From contig CAIWUA010000053.1 in NCBI GenBank assembly GCA_903915735.1, forward strand, positions 1 to 38,624: DNA of 38,624 nucleotides, read 5' to 3'. Source of the DNA: Candidatus Adlerbacteria bacterium (lineage in GTDB: Bacteria > Patescibacteriota > Minisyncoccia > Phycocordibacterales > SBAW01). Shown one piece after another: positions 25,305-34,066 of this stretch. Below the pieces are notes generated by a model, which worked only from the letters and a program-made list of their open reading frames with translations, did no database searches and was not told where the DNA came from. A program made the translations under genes and the position numbers. The first letter of the stretch is position 1; every line of letters starts with the position of its first letter.

Positions 25305-26267
25305 TTATCCGTGGAAGCCAAATGCAAGCAGGGACACACCGATGATGCCCAGGGCCGCAAAGCCCCACTGGTGTTTGTCGAAGCCCCGACCTTCTTTAAA
25401 GATCCAAAGCCCGATGGTGGTCGGTATTAACGCCTCGGACACTAGCAGGATAGGCCCCACCACCGTTTGTGGTGCGAGTACTTTTGCCCAGTACTCGATA
25501 GCAAGACAAGTGCAGAGGCCCACTGCAAAGACAAAGATAAGGCCAATATCTTTGGCTCGGTACGGCTTGCCGGTCTCGACCTGTACGTTGTGGAACACCG
25601 TACGAAAGTAGGCACTCCGGAGCGCCAACAGCGGGAGTAGGAATTTGCGTCCCAAGAAAACCGTCCCTAACGCTAGGGACGAGCCGAGGTACCACGCAAA
25701 CACAAACTGCCCGGCGTTCATATGCTCGATGGCGAAGTATCGCTGCGAGAAGTCCGCCACACCCCACAGCACACTGTAGAGCATGACACACAGGTAGAAG
25801 TGAGCCGACTCTCCGCCATTCTTTTTGTCGTGCCACCAAAAGAGAACTCCGGTGGCAAAACACAGTGCCATGCCCATGGCGCTGACCGCGTTTAAGTAGC
25901 GGCCGTCGCCAATAAGCGCTATCGCCAGCAAGACCGCGATAATGTCATCACCAAACGACAAAAGCGAGGTCTTGCTCATTGATATGCGACTGGCGCGCCA
26001 TTGAGTGATGTTGGCAAAGCCGTTGAGCACACCAACGCCGACCACCAGCAACGTGGTAGTGGTAAACGAAAAGCCTCCGGTCGCTGCGGCAAACAACGTG
26101 CCGGCTACAGCGCAAAGACCCATGTTTACCGTGAGCCGCTTTATTTGGTCGGGCTGGTCGGCAAGATATTTGCCGAGCCACCGAACCGCGACATAGGCGG
26201 CAATGATATAGACCAGGACAGGTATCCACCAAGGGACCCCGAGCAGGACGGTTGTGAGTGTGTGCAT
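25305..26267 (-). CDS. Polytopic (about 10 TM) membrane protein, DMT/EamA-like transporter superfamily
   Basis: ATG at 26267 is preceded by gaaggg (SD-like) 7 nt upstream. The track start at 26318 is a TTG inside the promoter region. Hydrophobic helices run throughout. The family call is tentative. Confidence 0.5.
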   Translation of the reverse strand: MHTLTTVLLGVPWWIPVLVYIIAAYVAVRWLGKYLADQPDQIKRLTVNMGLCAVAGTLFAAATGGFSFTTTTLLVVGVGVLNGFANITQWRASRISMSKTSLLSFGDDIIAVLLAIALIGDGRYLNAVSAMGMALCFATGVLFWWHDKKNGGESAHFYLCVMLYSVLWGVADFSQRYFAIEHMNAGQFVFAWYLGSSLALGTVFLGRKFLLPLLALRSAYFRTVFHNVQVETGKPYRAKDIGLIFVFAVGLCTCLAIEYWAKVLAPQTVVGPILLVSEALIPTTIGLWIFKEGRGFDKHQWGFAALGIIGVSLLAFGFHG

Positions 26268-26308
26268 TGGATACCCTTCAGATATTTGTAGAACGAGGCT
26301 GGTAATAT

Positions 26309-26317
26309 AATATAACA
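26309..26317 (-). promoter_or_regulatory. Extended -10 TGTTATATT (minus strand) with a leader of about 41 nt to the ATG at 26267
   Basis: The reverse complement of 26309-26317 is tgttatatt, in the AT-rich divergent intergenic region. Confidence 0.35.
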
Positions 26318-26357
26318 ATACATCACATACGTCAATACTGCTGCAAAAAATGTCGCT

Positions 26358-26366
26358 TGATATACT
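26358..26366 (+). promoter_or_regulatory. Extended -10 TGATATACT, 8 nt upstream of the ATG at 26375
   Basis: tga at 26358-26360 and tatact at 26361-26366, then gagtacac, then the ATG. Confidence 0.45.
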
Positions 26367-26374
26367 GAGTACAC

Positions 26375-27589
26375 ATGCAGAAGAAAATAATCCGCGTAGG
26401 GGAGCTGGAGCGCAAGTATGTTGAGGAGGTGTTGGCGACCGACTTTAGTGCGGCGCGCGGCATCAACATGCTCGGCCGGCTTGAGAAGGCTTTTGCCGAC
26501 AAGTGGGGCGGTGGGTTTGCCATTGGCCACACCAACGGCACGGCCACGCTGCACTCGGCGCTTTTTGCCGCCGGCGTACGCGCGGGCGACGAGGTCATTG
26601 TCCCGCCACTCACCATGGCGGCAACCGCGATGGCTGTTTTGCAAGCCGATGCGGTACCTGTCTTTGCCGATATCGACGAAGAGACGTTTCAAATCGACCC
26701 AAAGTCGATCGAAAAGCTCATCACTCCGCGTACCAAGGCGATCATGACCGTGGCGCTCTACGGACTCTCGCCCGACATGGACCCTATTATGGCGCTCGCC
26801 AAAAAACACAACATCATAGTTATTGAGGACGACGCGCAATGCTTTTTAGCAACCTACAAAGGTAAGCTGGTGGGGACTATCGGCCACCTGTCGAGTTTTA
26901 GCTTTCAATCGAGCAAGCACATGACCGCGGGCGAGGGCGGGATGGTGTTGACCCAAGACCCCGACATGGCCGACCTGGTGCGACGCTTTTCGGTCCTTGG
27001 CTACGCCGGTGTATCGCGCAAAACCGGCAAGATAACTAAAGATGATATCCAAAATCCTAACTACGACCGGCATGTGTCGATGGGGTACAACTACCGCATG
27101 GCCGAGTTGTGTGCGGCGGTCTCGTTAGGGCAGCTCGAGCGGCTTGATGAGCTGGTGCAGCGCCGTGTCGACTCGGCCGAGCTTTTTATCAAAGCGATAG
27201 GCGACTGCGCGTGGCTGCGCCCGCAGGTGACGCCCGCCGACCGTACCAACTCATACTGGGCGTTGGCGGTGCGGTTGATGGATGGCGCACCCGTGGGGTG
27301 GAGCGAGTTCCGCAAAAAGTTTATGGAGCTTGGCGGCGATGGCGTGTACGCCACGTGGAAGTTGACCTACCTCGAGCCTATGTTCCAAACGATGGACTTT
27401 TCGGGTAAAGAAAAGGTAATAGAGGCGACCTACAAAGGCACCCTGCAAGAGTGGAGGCCGGGCCTGTGTCCCGTGGCCGAAAAGGTGCAGCAGCAAATTT
27501 TAGCGTTTAAAACCAACTACTGGGACTGGGAGCGCGCCGAGCAGCAGGCCGAGATTCTTAAAAAGACCATCGAGTTTTATGGTGGGTAA
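26375..27589 (+). CDS. DegT/DnrJ/EryC1/StrS-family PLP-dependent sugar aminotransferase (PseC/SpsC-like)
   Basis: 404 aa. HTNGTATLHSAL, IIVIEDDAQC, and the PLP-Lys region SFSFQSSKHMTAGEGG. Confidence 0.8.
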   Translation: MQKKIIRVGELERKYVEEVLATDFSAARGINMLGRLEKAFADKWGGGFAIGHTNGTATLHSALFAAGVRAGDEVIVPPLTMAATAMAVLQADAVPVFADIDEETFQIDPKSIEKLITPRTKAIMTVALYGLSPDMDPIMALAKKHNIIVIEDDAQCFLATYKGKLVGTIGHLSSFSFQSSKHMTAGEGGMVLTQDPDMADLVRRFSVLGYAGVSRKTGKITKDDIQNPNYDRHVSMGYNYRMAELCAAVSLGQLERLDELVQRRVDSAELFIKAIGDCAWLRPQVTPADRTNSYWALAVRLMDGAPVGWSEFRKKFMELGGDGVYATWKLTYLEPMFQTMDFSGKEKVIEATYKGTLQEWRPGLCPVAEKVQQQILAFKTNYWDWERAEQQAEILKKTIEFYGG

Positions 27590-28331
27590 CAAACGCGTGG
27601 TGGCGGTGGTGCGGGCGCGGATGACCTCGAGCCGCTTGCCGGGCAAGGTGCTCATGCCGCTTGCCGGCAAACCGGTGCTGCAGCACATGATAGAGCGCCA
27701 CCGCCGCAGCGCCTACACCGACGAGGTTGTTGTGGCGACCACCGACAAACCGACTGACGACCCGGTGGTCGCTTTGTGCGAGAGTTTGGGCTGCGCCTAT
27801 GTTCGCGGGAGCGAGGATGATGTGCTGGCGCGTGTGGTCGGCGCGGGCGAGGCCGCCCGCGCCGACATTTTGGTCGACGGGATGGCCGACAGCCCGCTGG
27901 TCGACTGGCGCATTGTCGACCAGCTGGTCGAGATGTTGGTCGAGGGCGGCTATGACTGCACCAGCAACGAGTTTAAAGAGACCTTTCCGGTTGGGCTCGA
28001 CGCGCGCGTATTTTCTTTCCCCACGTTGTGCGAGGCCGCGCGTGTCGACCACGAGCCCATGTACCGCGAGCACGCCGGGTACTCTATCCGCAGCCAGCCC
28101 GACAAGTTTAAACTCGGCAACCTCGAGGCCGCGGGCGACCTGCGCTGGCCCGCGTTGCGGCTCACGCTCGACACGCAAGAGGACTACGCGGTTATTGGCG
28201 CGGTGTACGACGCGCTCTATCCAACCAACCCCGACTTTTCGGCTGCAGAGGTGGTGGCCTTTTTAAAAACGCGCCCCGACTTGGTGGCGCTCAACTCGGT
28301 TGTTGCTCAAAAGGTGCCCGGGGTACAATAG
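27579..28331 (+). CDS. Cytidylyltransferase, SpsF/FlmC/acylneuraminate cytidylyltransferase-like (CTP_transf_3)
   Basis: 250 aa. VAVVRARMTSSRLPGKVLMPLAGKPVLQHMIER matches the N-terminal nucleotide-binding motif. 11-nt overlap with the upstream gene. Confidence 0.7.
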   Translation: MVGNKRVVAVVRARMTSSRLPGKVLMPLAGKPVLQHMIERHRRSAYTDEVVVATTDKPTDDPVVALCESLGCAYVRGSEDDVLARVVGAGEAARADILVDGMADSPLVDWRIVDQLVEMLVEGGYDCTSNEFKETFPVGLDARVFSFPTLCEAARVDHEPMYREHAGYSIRSQPDKFKLGNLEAAGDLRWPALRLTLDTQEDYAVIGAVYDALYPTNPDFSAAEVVAFLKTRPDLVALNSVVAQKVPGVQ

Positions 28332-28336
28332 CGCAT

Positions 28337-29179
28337 ATGCAAAATGCCAAACCGATAGCCTTGAGCGACTTGCCGCAACACTCACTGTGGCCGGCCCGCT
28401 TGCTTGGCCTTGCTCCGTGGGAGGATGTCCGCCGCGACCACGCCAAAGTCGATCAAGAGTACAACCTCGGCAACTACAAAAAGTGTCTCGACTTTTTTGA
28501 CCATGCAGCGCACAAGCCCTCTTTGCAAGAGGTACGCCGGCAGGAGTTTGGCGAGGTATCGACCGCGCTGTCTTCGCGCGGCGACGATCTTGTGTTGATG
28601 GACTTTTGGGAGTCGTACCAAGCGTACTACGACCTTATTGCGGCGAGCGTGCTGCCGCGCGCCAAGGGCGCGCGCACGATACTCGAGCTCGGCTGCGGGT
28701 ATGGCTACAATCTTGATATGTTGCGCGAGCGCGCCCAGGGGTTTGCCTACTGTGGGGGAGAGTTTTCGCCAAACGCGGTTGCACTCGCGGGCAAACTCTT
28801 TAAGGGTGACATCAAGGTCGAGCCGCTCGACTTGTATGCCGCCGCGTACCCGGTGCTCGAGGCGGCCGAAGGTCCCGTCGTTATTTACACCGCACACGCC
28901 ATCGAGCAAATACCCGACATCAGCAACCTGTTTGTGGTGCTGGTCAAACACAAAGACAAGATACAAGAGGTTATCCACTGCGAGCCGGTGCAAGGTCTGC
29001 AAGGCGACTCGTTGTTGGGGCTTTTGCGCCGCAGCTACACCAATGCCTGCGACTATAACCGCAACCTTATCGAGGAGCTGCGCCGTCGCGATGATATCGA
29101 GATCCTCGAGGCGACCCCCAACGTGTTTGGCGTTAATGCCTTTAACGCGACGTCGGTTATTCGCTGGCGATTCAAGTAG
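28337..29179 (+). CDS. Class I SAM-dependent methyltransferase
   Basis: 280 aa. Motif I ILELGCGYGYNL. Confidence 0.6.
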   Translation: MQNAKPIALSDLPQHSLWPARLLGLAPWEDVRRDHAKVDQEYNLGNYKKCLDFFDHAAHKPSLQEVRRQEFGEVSTALSSRGDDLVLMDFWESYQAYYDLIAASVLPRAKGARTILELGCGYGYNLDMLRERAQGFAYCGGEFSPNAVALAGKLFKGDIKVEPLDLYAAAYPVLEAAEGPVVIYTAHAIEQIPDISNLFVVLVKHKDKIQEVIHCEPVQGLQGDSLLGLLRRSYTNACDYNRNLIEELRRRDDIEILEATPNVFGVNAFNATSVIRWRFK

Positions 29180-29184
29180 GGGGA

Positions 29185-29193
29185 TGCTATAGT
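29185..29193 (+). promoter_or_regulatory. Extended -10 TGCTATAGT, 8 nt upstream of the ATG at 29202
   Basis: tgc at 29185-29187 and tatagt at 29188-29193, then tctcccgt, then the ATG. Confidence 0.45.
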
Positions 29194-29201
29194 TCTCCCG
29201 T

Positions 29202-31478
29202 ATGCAATACACCACATACCTGCGCTGGGGCGTTTTGGCAGCTATCTTTTTAGTTATTTTTACGCCGTTTATTATCGCCGACGGCGGGGCGATGTATCAA
29301 GCCGGGTCGCAGGTGCACAGTTTGTACTGGCCGGTGACCAACTTTTTCTTCCCCTACATTACGGGCAAAAATTTTGTCTTTAGGATCTTGGTCGAGATAG
29401 CGCTGCTCGGCTATATCTTGCTGGCACTCGCCGAGCCCAAGTATCGCCCGCGCGCCTCACTCATCATGTGGGCGGCGCTTGGGTTGGTGGTCTGGGTCGG
29501 AGTCTCGACCATCACGAGCCTCGACCCTATAAAAAGCTTTTGGAGCAACTTTGAGCGCATGGACGGGTATATCAATCTCATCCACTTGTTTGTTTGGTTT
29601 GTCATCACGGGGGCAGTTCTTACGGCCGACAACCTGTGGGATAGGTTTATCAACACGACCATCGGCGCGAGCGTCGCGCAGGGGCTCATTGCGCTCCTTC
29701 AGGTCACCCACTCGCTTGGGTTCGAGCCGAGCTCGCAGTCCGGCGCGCGCGCCGACACCACTTTTGGCAACGCGACCTACCTGGCGGTGTACATGCTCTT
29801 TGCTATATTCCTCACGCTGTTTATGCTCGCGCGGCGCAAGGCGGCGGGCAAACTCTCGTCGGGTTGGCAAATATGGTATGGCCTCGCGCTCGTGCTGCAA
29901 TGCGTCGGGCTCTACTTTACCGAGACGCGCGGCGCGCAGCTCGGCGTCATTGGCGGAGTCATCATCGGCGCTATCTGGATAGCTATTTTTGCCCGCGGCG
30001 CGCACTTTAAGGGTGTGCGGCACTTGGCGTGGTATGCGCTTGGCGCGCTTGCCGTGCTTATTGTCGGCTTTGTCGGCATACGCGACACCTCGTTTGTTAA
30101 GAGTTCGGGCGCACTCAACCGCCTGGCGTCTATCTCACTTAATGATGCAACCGTACAGTCGCGCTTGCTCTACATTTGGCCGACGGCGCTCAAGGGGATA
30201 GGCGAGAAGCCTGTTGTGGGCTGGGGCGAGGAAAACTTTAACTTTGTCTTTAACAAATACTACCAGCCGGCGATGTACAACCAAGAGCAGTGGTTTGACC
30301 GCGCGCACAACGAGTTTCTCGACTTTGGGATAGTAGCGGGTGTGCCGGCGCTCTTGTTGTATGCAGCACTCTTTGTGCTTGCGGCGTTGGCGGTGTGGCG
30401 CTCGCGGCTTAGCGTGCTCGAGCAGGCGGCACTGGTGGGGCTTTTGGCAGGCTACGCGTTTAACAACCTGTTTGTGTTCGACAACTTGGTAAGTCTGTTT
30501 TGCTTCTTTGCGGTGCTCGCGTTTTTGCACGGTGTCTCGCGCAAAGAGTTGCCGGGGTGGATGTTTCTCTCGCGCAAAATGAGCGCCGAGGGGCTCGCTA
30601 TCGCCGCACCGTTGGTGGTTATCGCGGTAGCGGGCGGTGCGTGGTACTTTAACCAGCCGGCCATGGTGCGTGCCTCGCAGTTGGTGCAGGCGGTTGGCTC
30701 GCAAAACACGCCGCAGGCCAACCTCGCGCTCTTTCAAAGTGCGTTGGGTAACGCAACCTTCCCCGGCAATCCGATAGGCGTGCAAGAGACTATCGAGCAG
30801 CTGTCGCAGTTTGCCGCCAACACGGTACAACAGTCCACAATCGACCCGTCAATTAAGCAACAATACTTTACGCTTGCGACCGAGAGCCTCCAAAACTTGA
30901 CCCTGCAACGCAAGCACGATGCGCGTCTCGAGCTCTTTATGGGTACGTTGTGGTCGAGCCTCGGCCAGTTTCCTCAGGCGCTCGCCTCGCTGCAGCAAGC
31001 CGTTGCCGACAGCCCCAAAAAGCAGCAGATACTCATGCAGCTTGGGCTCGTGCAGATACAAACCGGCGACACTATCAACGCTATTGCGACCATGCGCACC
31101 GCGTTTGAGGAGGAGCAGGGCTATGACACCGCGCGCGTGCTGTATGCCAGCGCCTACTACTATGCGGGCGACCTTACGCACGGCGACCAGCTCCTTATCG
31201 ACAAATGGGGGACGGTTATTGTCGACAACGACCAGCTGTTGCAGGTGTACACCAACATCAAGCAGTGGGGTCGCGCCGAAAATATTTGGAAGTTGCGCAT
31301 AAGCAAAGACCAAAACAACACGCAGTTGCACTTGGGGCTGGCCTCGACCTACTTTAAGGCGGGCGACAACGCAAGCACTATTGCCGAGCTCCAAACGATT
31401 GCCAAACTAGACCCGTCGACTGCGGCGCAGATGCAAACACTGATAACCAAAATTAAAGACGGCACCCTCAAGCCGTAG
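29202..31478 (+). CDS. O-antigen ligase family (Wzy_C) polytopic membrane protein with a C-terminal TPR domain
   Basis: 758 aa with about 12 TM helices. SFWSNFERMDG, TETRGAQLG, WGEENF and AHNEFLDFG are Wzy_C-type loop motifs. The C-terminal ~300 aa carry TPR-like repeats (LGQFPQALASLQQAV..., YFKAGDNASTIAELQTI). Confidence 0.75.
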   Translation: MQYTTYLRWGVLAAIFLVIFTPFIIADGGAMYQAGSQVHSLYWPVTNFFFPYITGKNFVFRILVEIALLGYILLALAEPKYRPRASLIMWAALGLVVWVGVSTITSLDPIKSFWSNFERMDGYINLIHLFVWFVITGAVLTADNLWDRFINTTIGASVAQGLIALLQVTHSLGFEPSSQSGARADTTFGNATYLAVYMLFAIFLTLFMLARRKAAGKLSSGWQIWYGLALVLQCVGLYFTETRGAQLGVIGGVIIGAIWIAIFARGAHFKGVRHLAWYALGALAVLIVGFVGIRDTSFVKSSGALNRLASISLNDATVQSRLLYIWPTALKGIGEKPVVGWGEENFNFVFNKYYQPAMYNQEQWFDRAHNEFLDFGIVAGVPALLLYAALFVLAALAVWRSRLSVLEQAALVGLLAGYAFNNLFVFDNLVSLFCFFAVLAFLHGVSRKELPGWMFLSRKMSAEGLAIAAPLVVIAVAGGAWYFNQPAMVRASQLVQAVGSQNTPQANLALFQSALGNATFPGNPIGVQETIEQLSQFAANTVQQSTIDPSIKQQYFTLATESLQNLTLQRKHDARLELFMGTLWSSLGQFPQALASLQQAVADSPKKQQILMQLGLVQIQTGDTINAIATMRTAFEEEQGYDTARVLYASAYYYAGDLTHGDQLLIDKWGTVIVDNDQLLQVYTNIKQWGRAENIWKLRISKDQNNTQLHLGLASTYFKAGDNASTIAELQTIAKLDPSTAAQMQTLITKIKDGTLKP

Positions 31479-31521
31479 CTATCGGGGTGTGGGGATAAAA
31501 TAGATAAGCGTCTATAAAAGA

Positions 31522-31530
31522 TGCTAAGCT
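31522..31530 (+). promoter_or_regulatory. Candidate extended -10 TGCTAAGCT, 9 nt upstream of the ATG at 31540
   Basis: tgc at 31522-31524 and taagct at 31525-31530. This is a weaker hexamer than the others. Confidence 0.25.
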
Positions 31531-31539
31531 TTGCACCAT

Positions 31540-32118
31540 ATGAATCCTTTAGCCGTGGGGGCTTTTGTGCGAAAGGTGTGGCGTTTTTTGCGCTGGCCGG
31601 TGTATATAGTGCTGGCTGCTTTTGTTTTGCTTGTAGGGTGGGGGGTTAAGCTCAATTTTGATAAAGACAAAACCGATGCGGCGGTGGCGGCTATCCATGC
31701 GCAAAAGTTGACGCTGGCCGATGTCGAGGGCAAAAACCTGCCGCCGGTCCCCGACCAGGCCGAAAATGATGCCACGGTTGTCGGCATAGACAAAAACAAC
31801 AACGGCATCCGCGACGATGTCGAGTTGGCGATCTTTAAAAAGTATCCCAACTCAGCCAAAATAAGAGCAGCCGAGTTGCAGTATGCGATGACCGAGCAAA
31901 TGTTTTTGACCAAAGTGTTTGATACAGGGACTTGGAAAGCGGTTGCGGAGGAGGATAGTCGTGCAGCTACCTGTATGTTGTTAATTAAGGCGAACAGGAA
32001 AGAAGTGCAAGAATGGGTAAATAATACACAAAAAAGAAAAGACGAAAGAACAAAAGTTTTTTCATTTATTACTAGTAATGGAGACGCGCCTGGTCCATCA
32101 TGCGACGTTTCGCTTTAG
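31540..32118 (+). CDS. N-terminally membrane-anchored protein (192 aa), function unknown, with one EF-hand-like DxNxNGxxxD loop
   Basis: ATG at 31540; the track start at 31531 is a TTG. TM helix WPVYIVLAAFVLLVGWGV. Loop DKNNNGIRDD. Its 3' end overlaps the next gene by 19 nt. Confidence 0.5.
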   Translation: MNPLAVGAFVRKVWRFLRWPVYIVLAAFVLLVGWGVKLNFDKDKTDAAVAAIHAQKLTLADVEGKNLPPVPDQAENDATVVGIDKNNNGIRDDVELAIFKKYPNSAKIRAAELQYAMTEQMFLTKVFDTGTWKAVAEEDSRAATCMLLIKANRKEVQEWVNNTQKRKDERTKVFSFITSNGDAPGPSCDVSL

Positions 32119-34043
32119 TATTATTTTTTCTTGTCTCACCACTAGTCGCACAAGCGGCGTGTTCTGATAATGGGTATACAGTAGTGTTTGTTAATGGAGT
32201 TTTTGATACACAAGAACAAGCACAAGAGGATAAGTTAGCATTGCGCGACAAGGTTGGTATTCAAATAAATAACCAACCAATTTCTTATATTGTTGGCTAC
32301 AACCAATCTCACTTCGCTGGGGCGGGGGATCTTTTTGAGTCCTATTTTCCTTCATTCGACCAACACGACCTTGATACGATTTTGAATCAAATTCACGACG
32401 AGGTGACGACCCGCAAACTGATCATTGTCGGGCATTCTCAGGGCGCGGTATATGCCAACAAAATGTATGAGTATTTGATAGCGCACGGCGAGCCCAAAGA
32501 GTCGGTGGCGGTGTATGCGGTGGCTACCCCCGACAGCTATGTGGCCGGCGGCGGCAAGTACGTAACCTATACGCACGATGATCTTATTACCAATATATCC
32601 AAATTTGTTGGGCTCCATCCATTGCCGGCCAACCTTACCTTTAGCGACTTTTTAGACAGTGCAGCTCAGACGCCTGCTCCTGTGCAAGGCCATTCTTTTA
32701 TTGACGAATATCTCACCGCTTTTTCTGGGCGTATAACATCGGATATAAACAGCGAGTTGTGGGTGCTCCGGAGCGGTGAGTCGGCAACTACCGACGGCTG
32801 TTTTGATCCGCCGCCAAAAACCTTGGGGTATAAAGCAGAGGGGGTGGCTCTCGCCATCGCCGACCCTGTCTCGGTGGCCGTTAAAGTTACTGCCGTTGTG
32901 GGCTATCAAGTTGTAGCCGCAGTTGTAGGCACCACTTATAATGTTGCCTCTGCCGCTGTTGGCTCGGTCCTTGGATTCTTTACACCAACACCTTCGACAT
33001 CGGCCACCAACGACCGCGCACTCAACGACACTGGCATGACTTTGCTCAACGCTCTTAATATGACCAGTATTGATATGAAGACCGCCGACCAGCTGCAACG
33101 CACGCCGCCAAAAAAGAGTCCAAGTGGTAATGGCCAAGGCGCGGCGGCTATTTTAGCTTTTAGCCAAGACGAGCCGGCATCGCCCCCAGGCGAGGTGCTG
33201 GGGAGCTCGACTGTTGCTACCACTACACCTTTCCCCGTTGCCTCCAACGTCATGCCTGGTGCAGACGTACACTACAACGCCCCAAGTTTTGGCGGGGCGG
33301 CCGCAACGCAAGACAGTGCTCCGCAAGACCCGCCGGCGGATGCCGCGGCACCGCTTGCGCCGCCCACCATCACCTTTAGCAACTGGCGGGCCATAGAGGA
33401 TACGCAATCATGCACTATCGGTCTTCGGTATGTCGACGTGTCATGGAGCGCGGTGCCGAGCGCCACTTACTATGAAATATATGCAAAAGATGCTCTAAGC
33501 GCTACGTTTGATACCTACGCAACCACCACCGATACGGCGTGGCCAAACTTACGGCTTTGGACCAACAACACCATCGACCCCATTACCCTTACCGTGACCG
33601 CACATATCGATGGAGGTAGTTCGGTAGCAACTACAGTACAGGTCGACCAGGCTTTGGCCGACCAGCAGCCGCCCACTCTGTTAGTTGACTCGATGATCCC
33701 GGCCACGCACGCAACGGGCGTGCCGGTTACTACGAGCATACAAGTGCCATTTAACAAGCCTATTAAACCAAGTTCGGTGGTAAATCCCTACAGTATCGAA
33801 CTTAATCAGATGCCCGATCGAACCTTGGTGCCGACTACCCACTCGCTCAGTCCGGACGGGACCACTATCATTCTTACACCGCTTGAACCTCTTGCATACG
33901 GCACCAGCTACAACCTCTCCATATCGTGCGAAATTAGTGACCTGTACGGGAACATTCTCCCCAACGGCATCGCGTGGTTTTATGACAACCTCCCGCCGTA
34001 CTTTACGACCGAGGGGGATCCTGGTGTCGTGCCGCCTCAATAG
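32100..34043 (+). CDS. Secreted alpha/beta-hydrolase (lipase/esterase-like) fused to FN3-like and SbsA/Big_5 Ig-like domains
   Basis: 647 aa. Signal peptide MRRFALVLFFLVSPLVAQA. Nucleophile elbow IIVGHSQGAVYA (GxSxG). A low-complexity linker, then FN3-like VSWSAVPSATYYEIY, then Big_5-like PATHATGVPVTTSIQVPFNKPIKPSSV...YGTSYNLSIS...DLYGN. Confidence 0.6.
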   Translation: MRRFALVLFFLVSPLVAQAACSDNGYTVVFVNGVFDTQEQAQEDKLALRDKVGIQINNQPISYIVGYNQSHFAGAGDLFESYFPSFDQHDLDTILNQIHDEVTTRKLIIVGHSQGAVYANKMYEYLIAHGEPKESVAVYAVATPDSYVAGGGKYVTYTHDDLITNISKFVGLHPLPANLTFSDFLDSAAQTPAPVQGHSFIDEYLTAFSGRITSDINSELWVLRSGESATTDGCFDPPPKTLGYKAEGVALAIADPVSVAVKVTAVVGYQVVAAVVGTTYNVASAAVGSVLGFFTPTPSTSATNDRALNDTGMTLLNALNMTSIDMKTADQLQRTPPKKSPSGNGQGAAAILAFSQDEPASPPGEVLGSSTVATTTPFPVASNVMPGADVHYNAPSFGGAAATQDSAPQDPPADAAAPLAPPTITFSNWRAIEDTQSCTIGLRYVDVSWSAVPSATYYEIYAKDALSATFDTYATTTDTAWPNLRLWTNNTIDPITLTVTAHIDGGSSVATTVQVDQALADQQPPTLLVDSMIPATHATGVPVTTSIQVPFNKPIKPSSVVNPYSIELNQMPDRTLVPTTHSLSPDGTTIILTPLEPLAYGTSYNLSISCEISDLYGNILPNGIAWFYDNLPPYFTTEGDPGVVPPQ

Positions 34044-34051
34044 ACCGGTGC

Positions 34052-34060
34052 TGGTATACT
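34052..34060 (+). promoter_or_regulatory. Extended -10 TGGTATACT, 6 nt upstream of the murB GTG start
   Basis: tgg at 34052-34054 and tatact at 34055-34060, then gtctac, then GTG at 34067. Confidence 0.4.
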
Positions 34061-34066
34061 GTCTAC

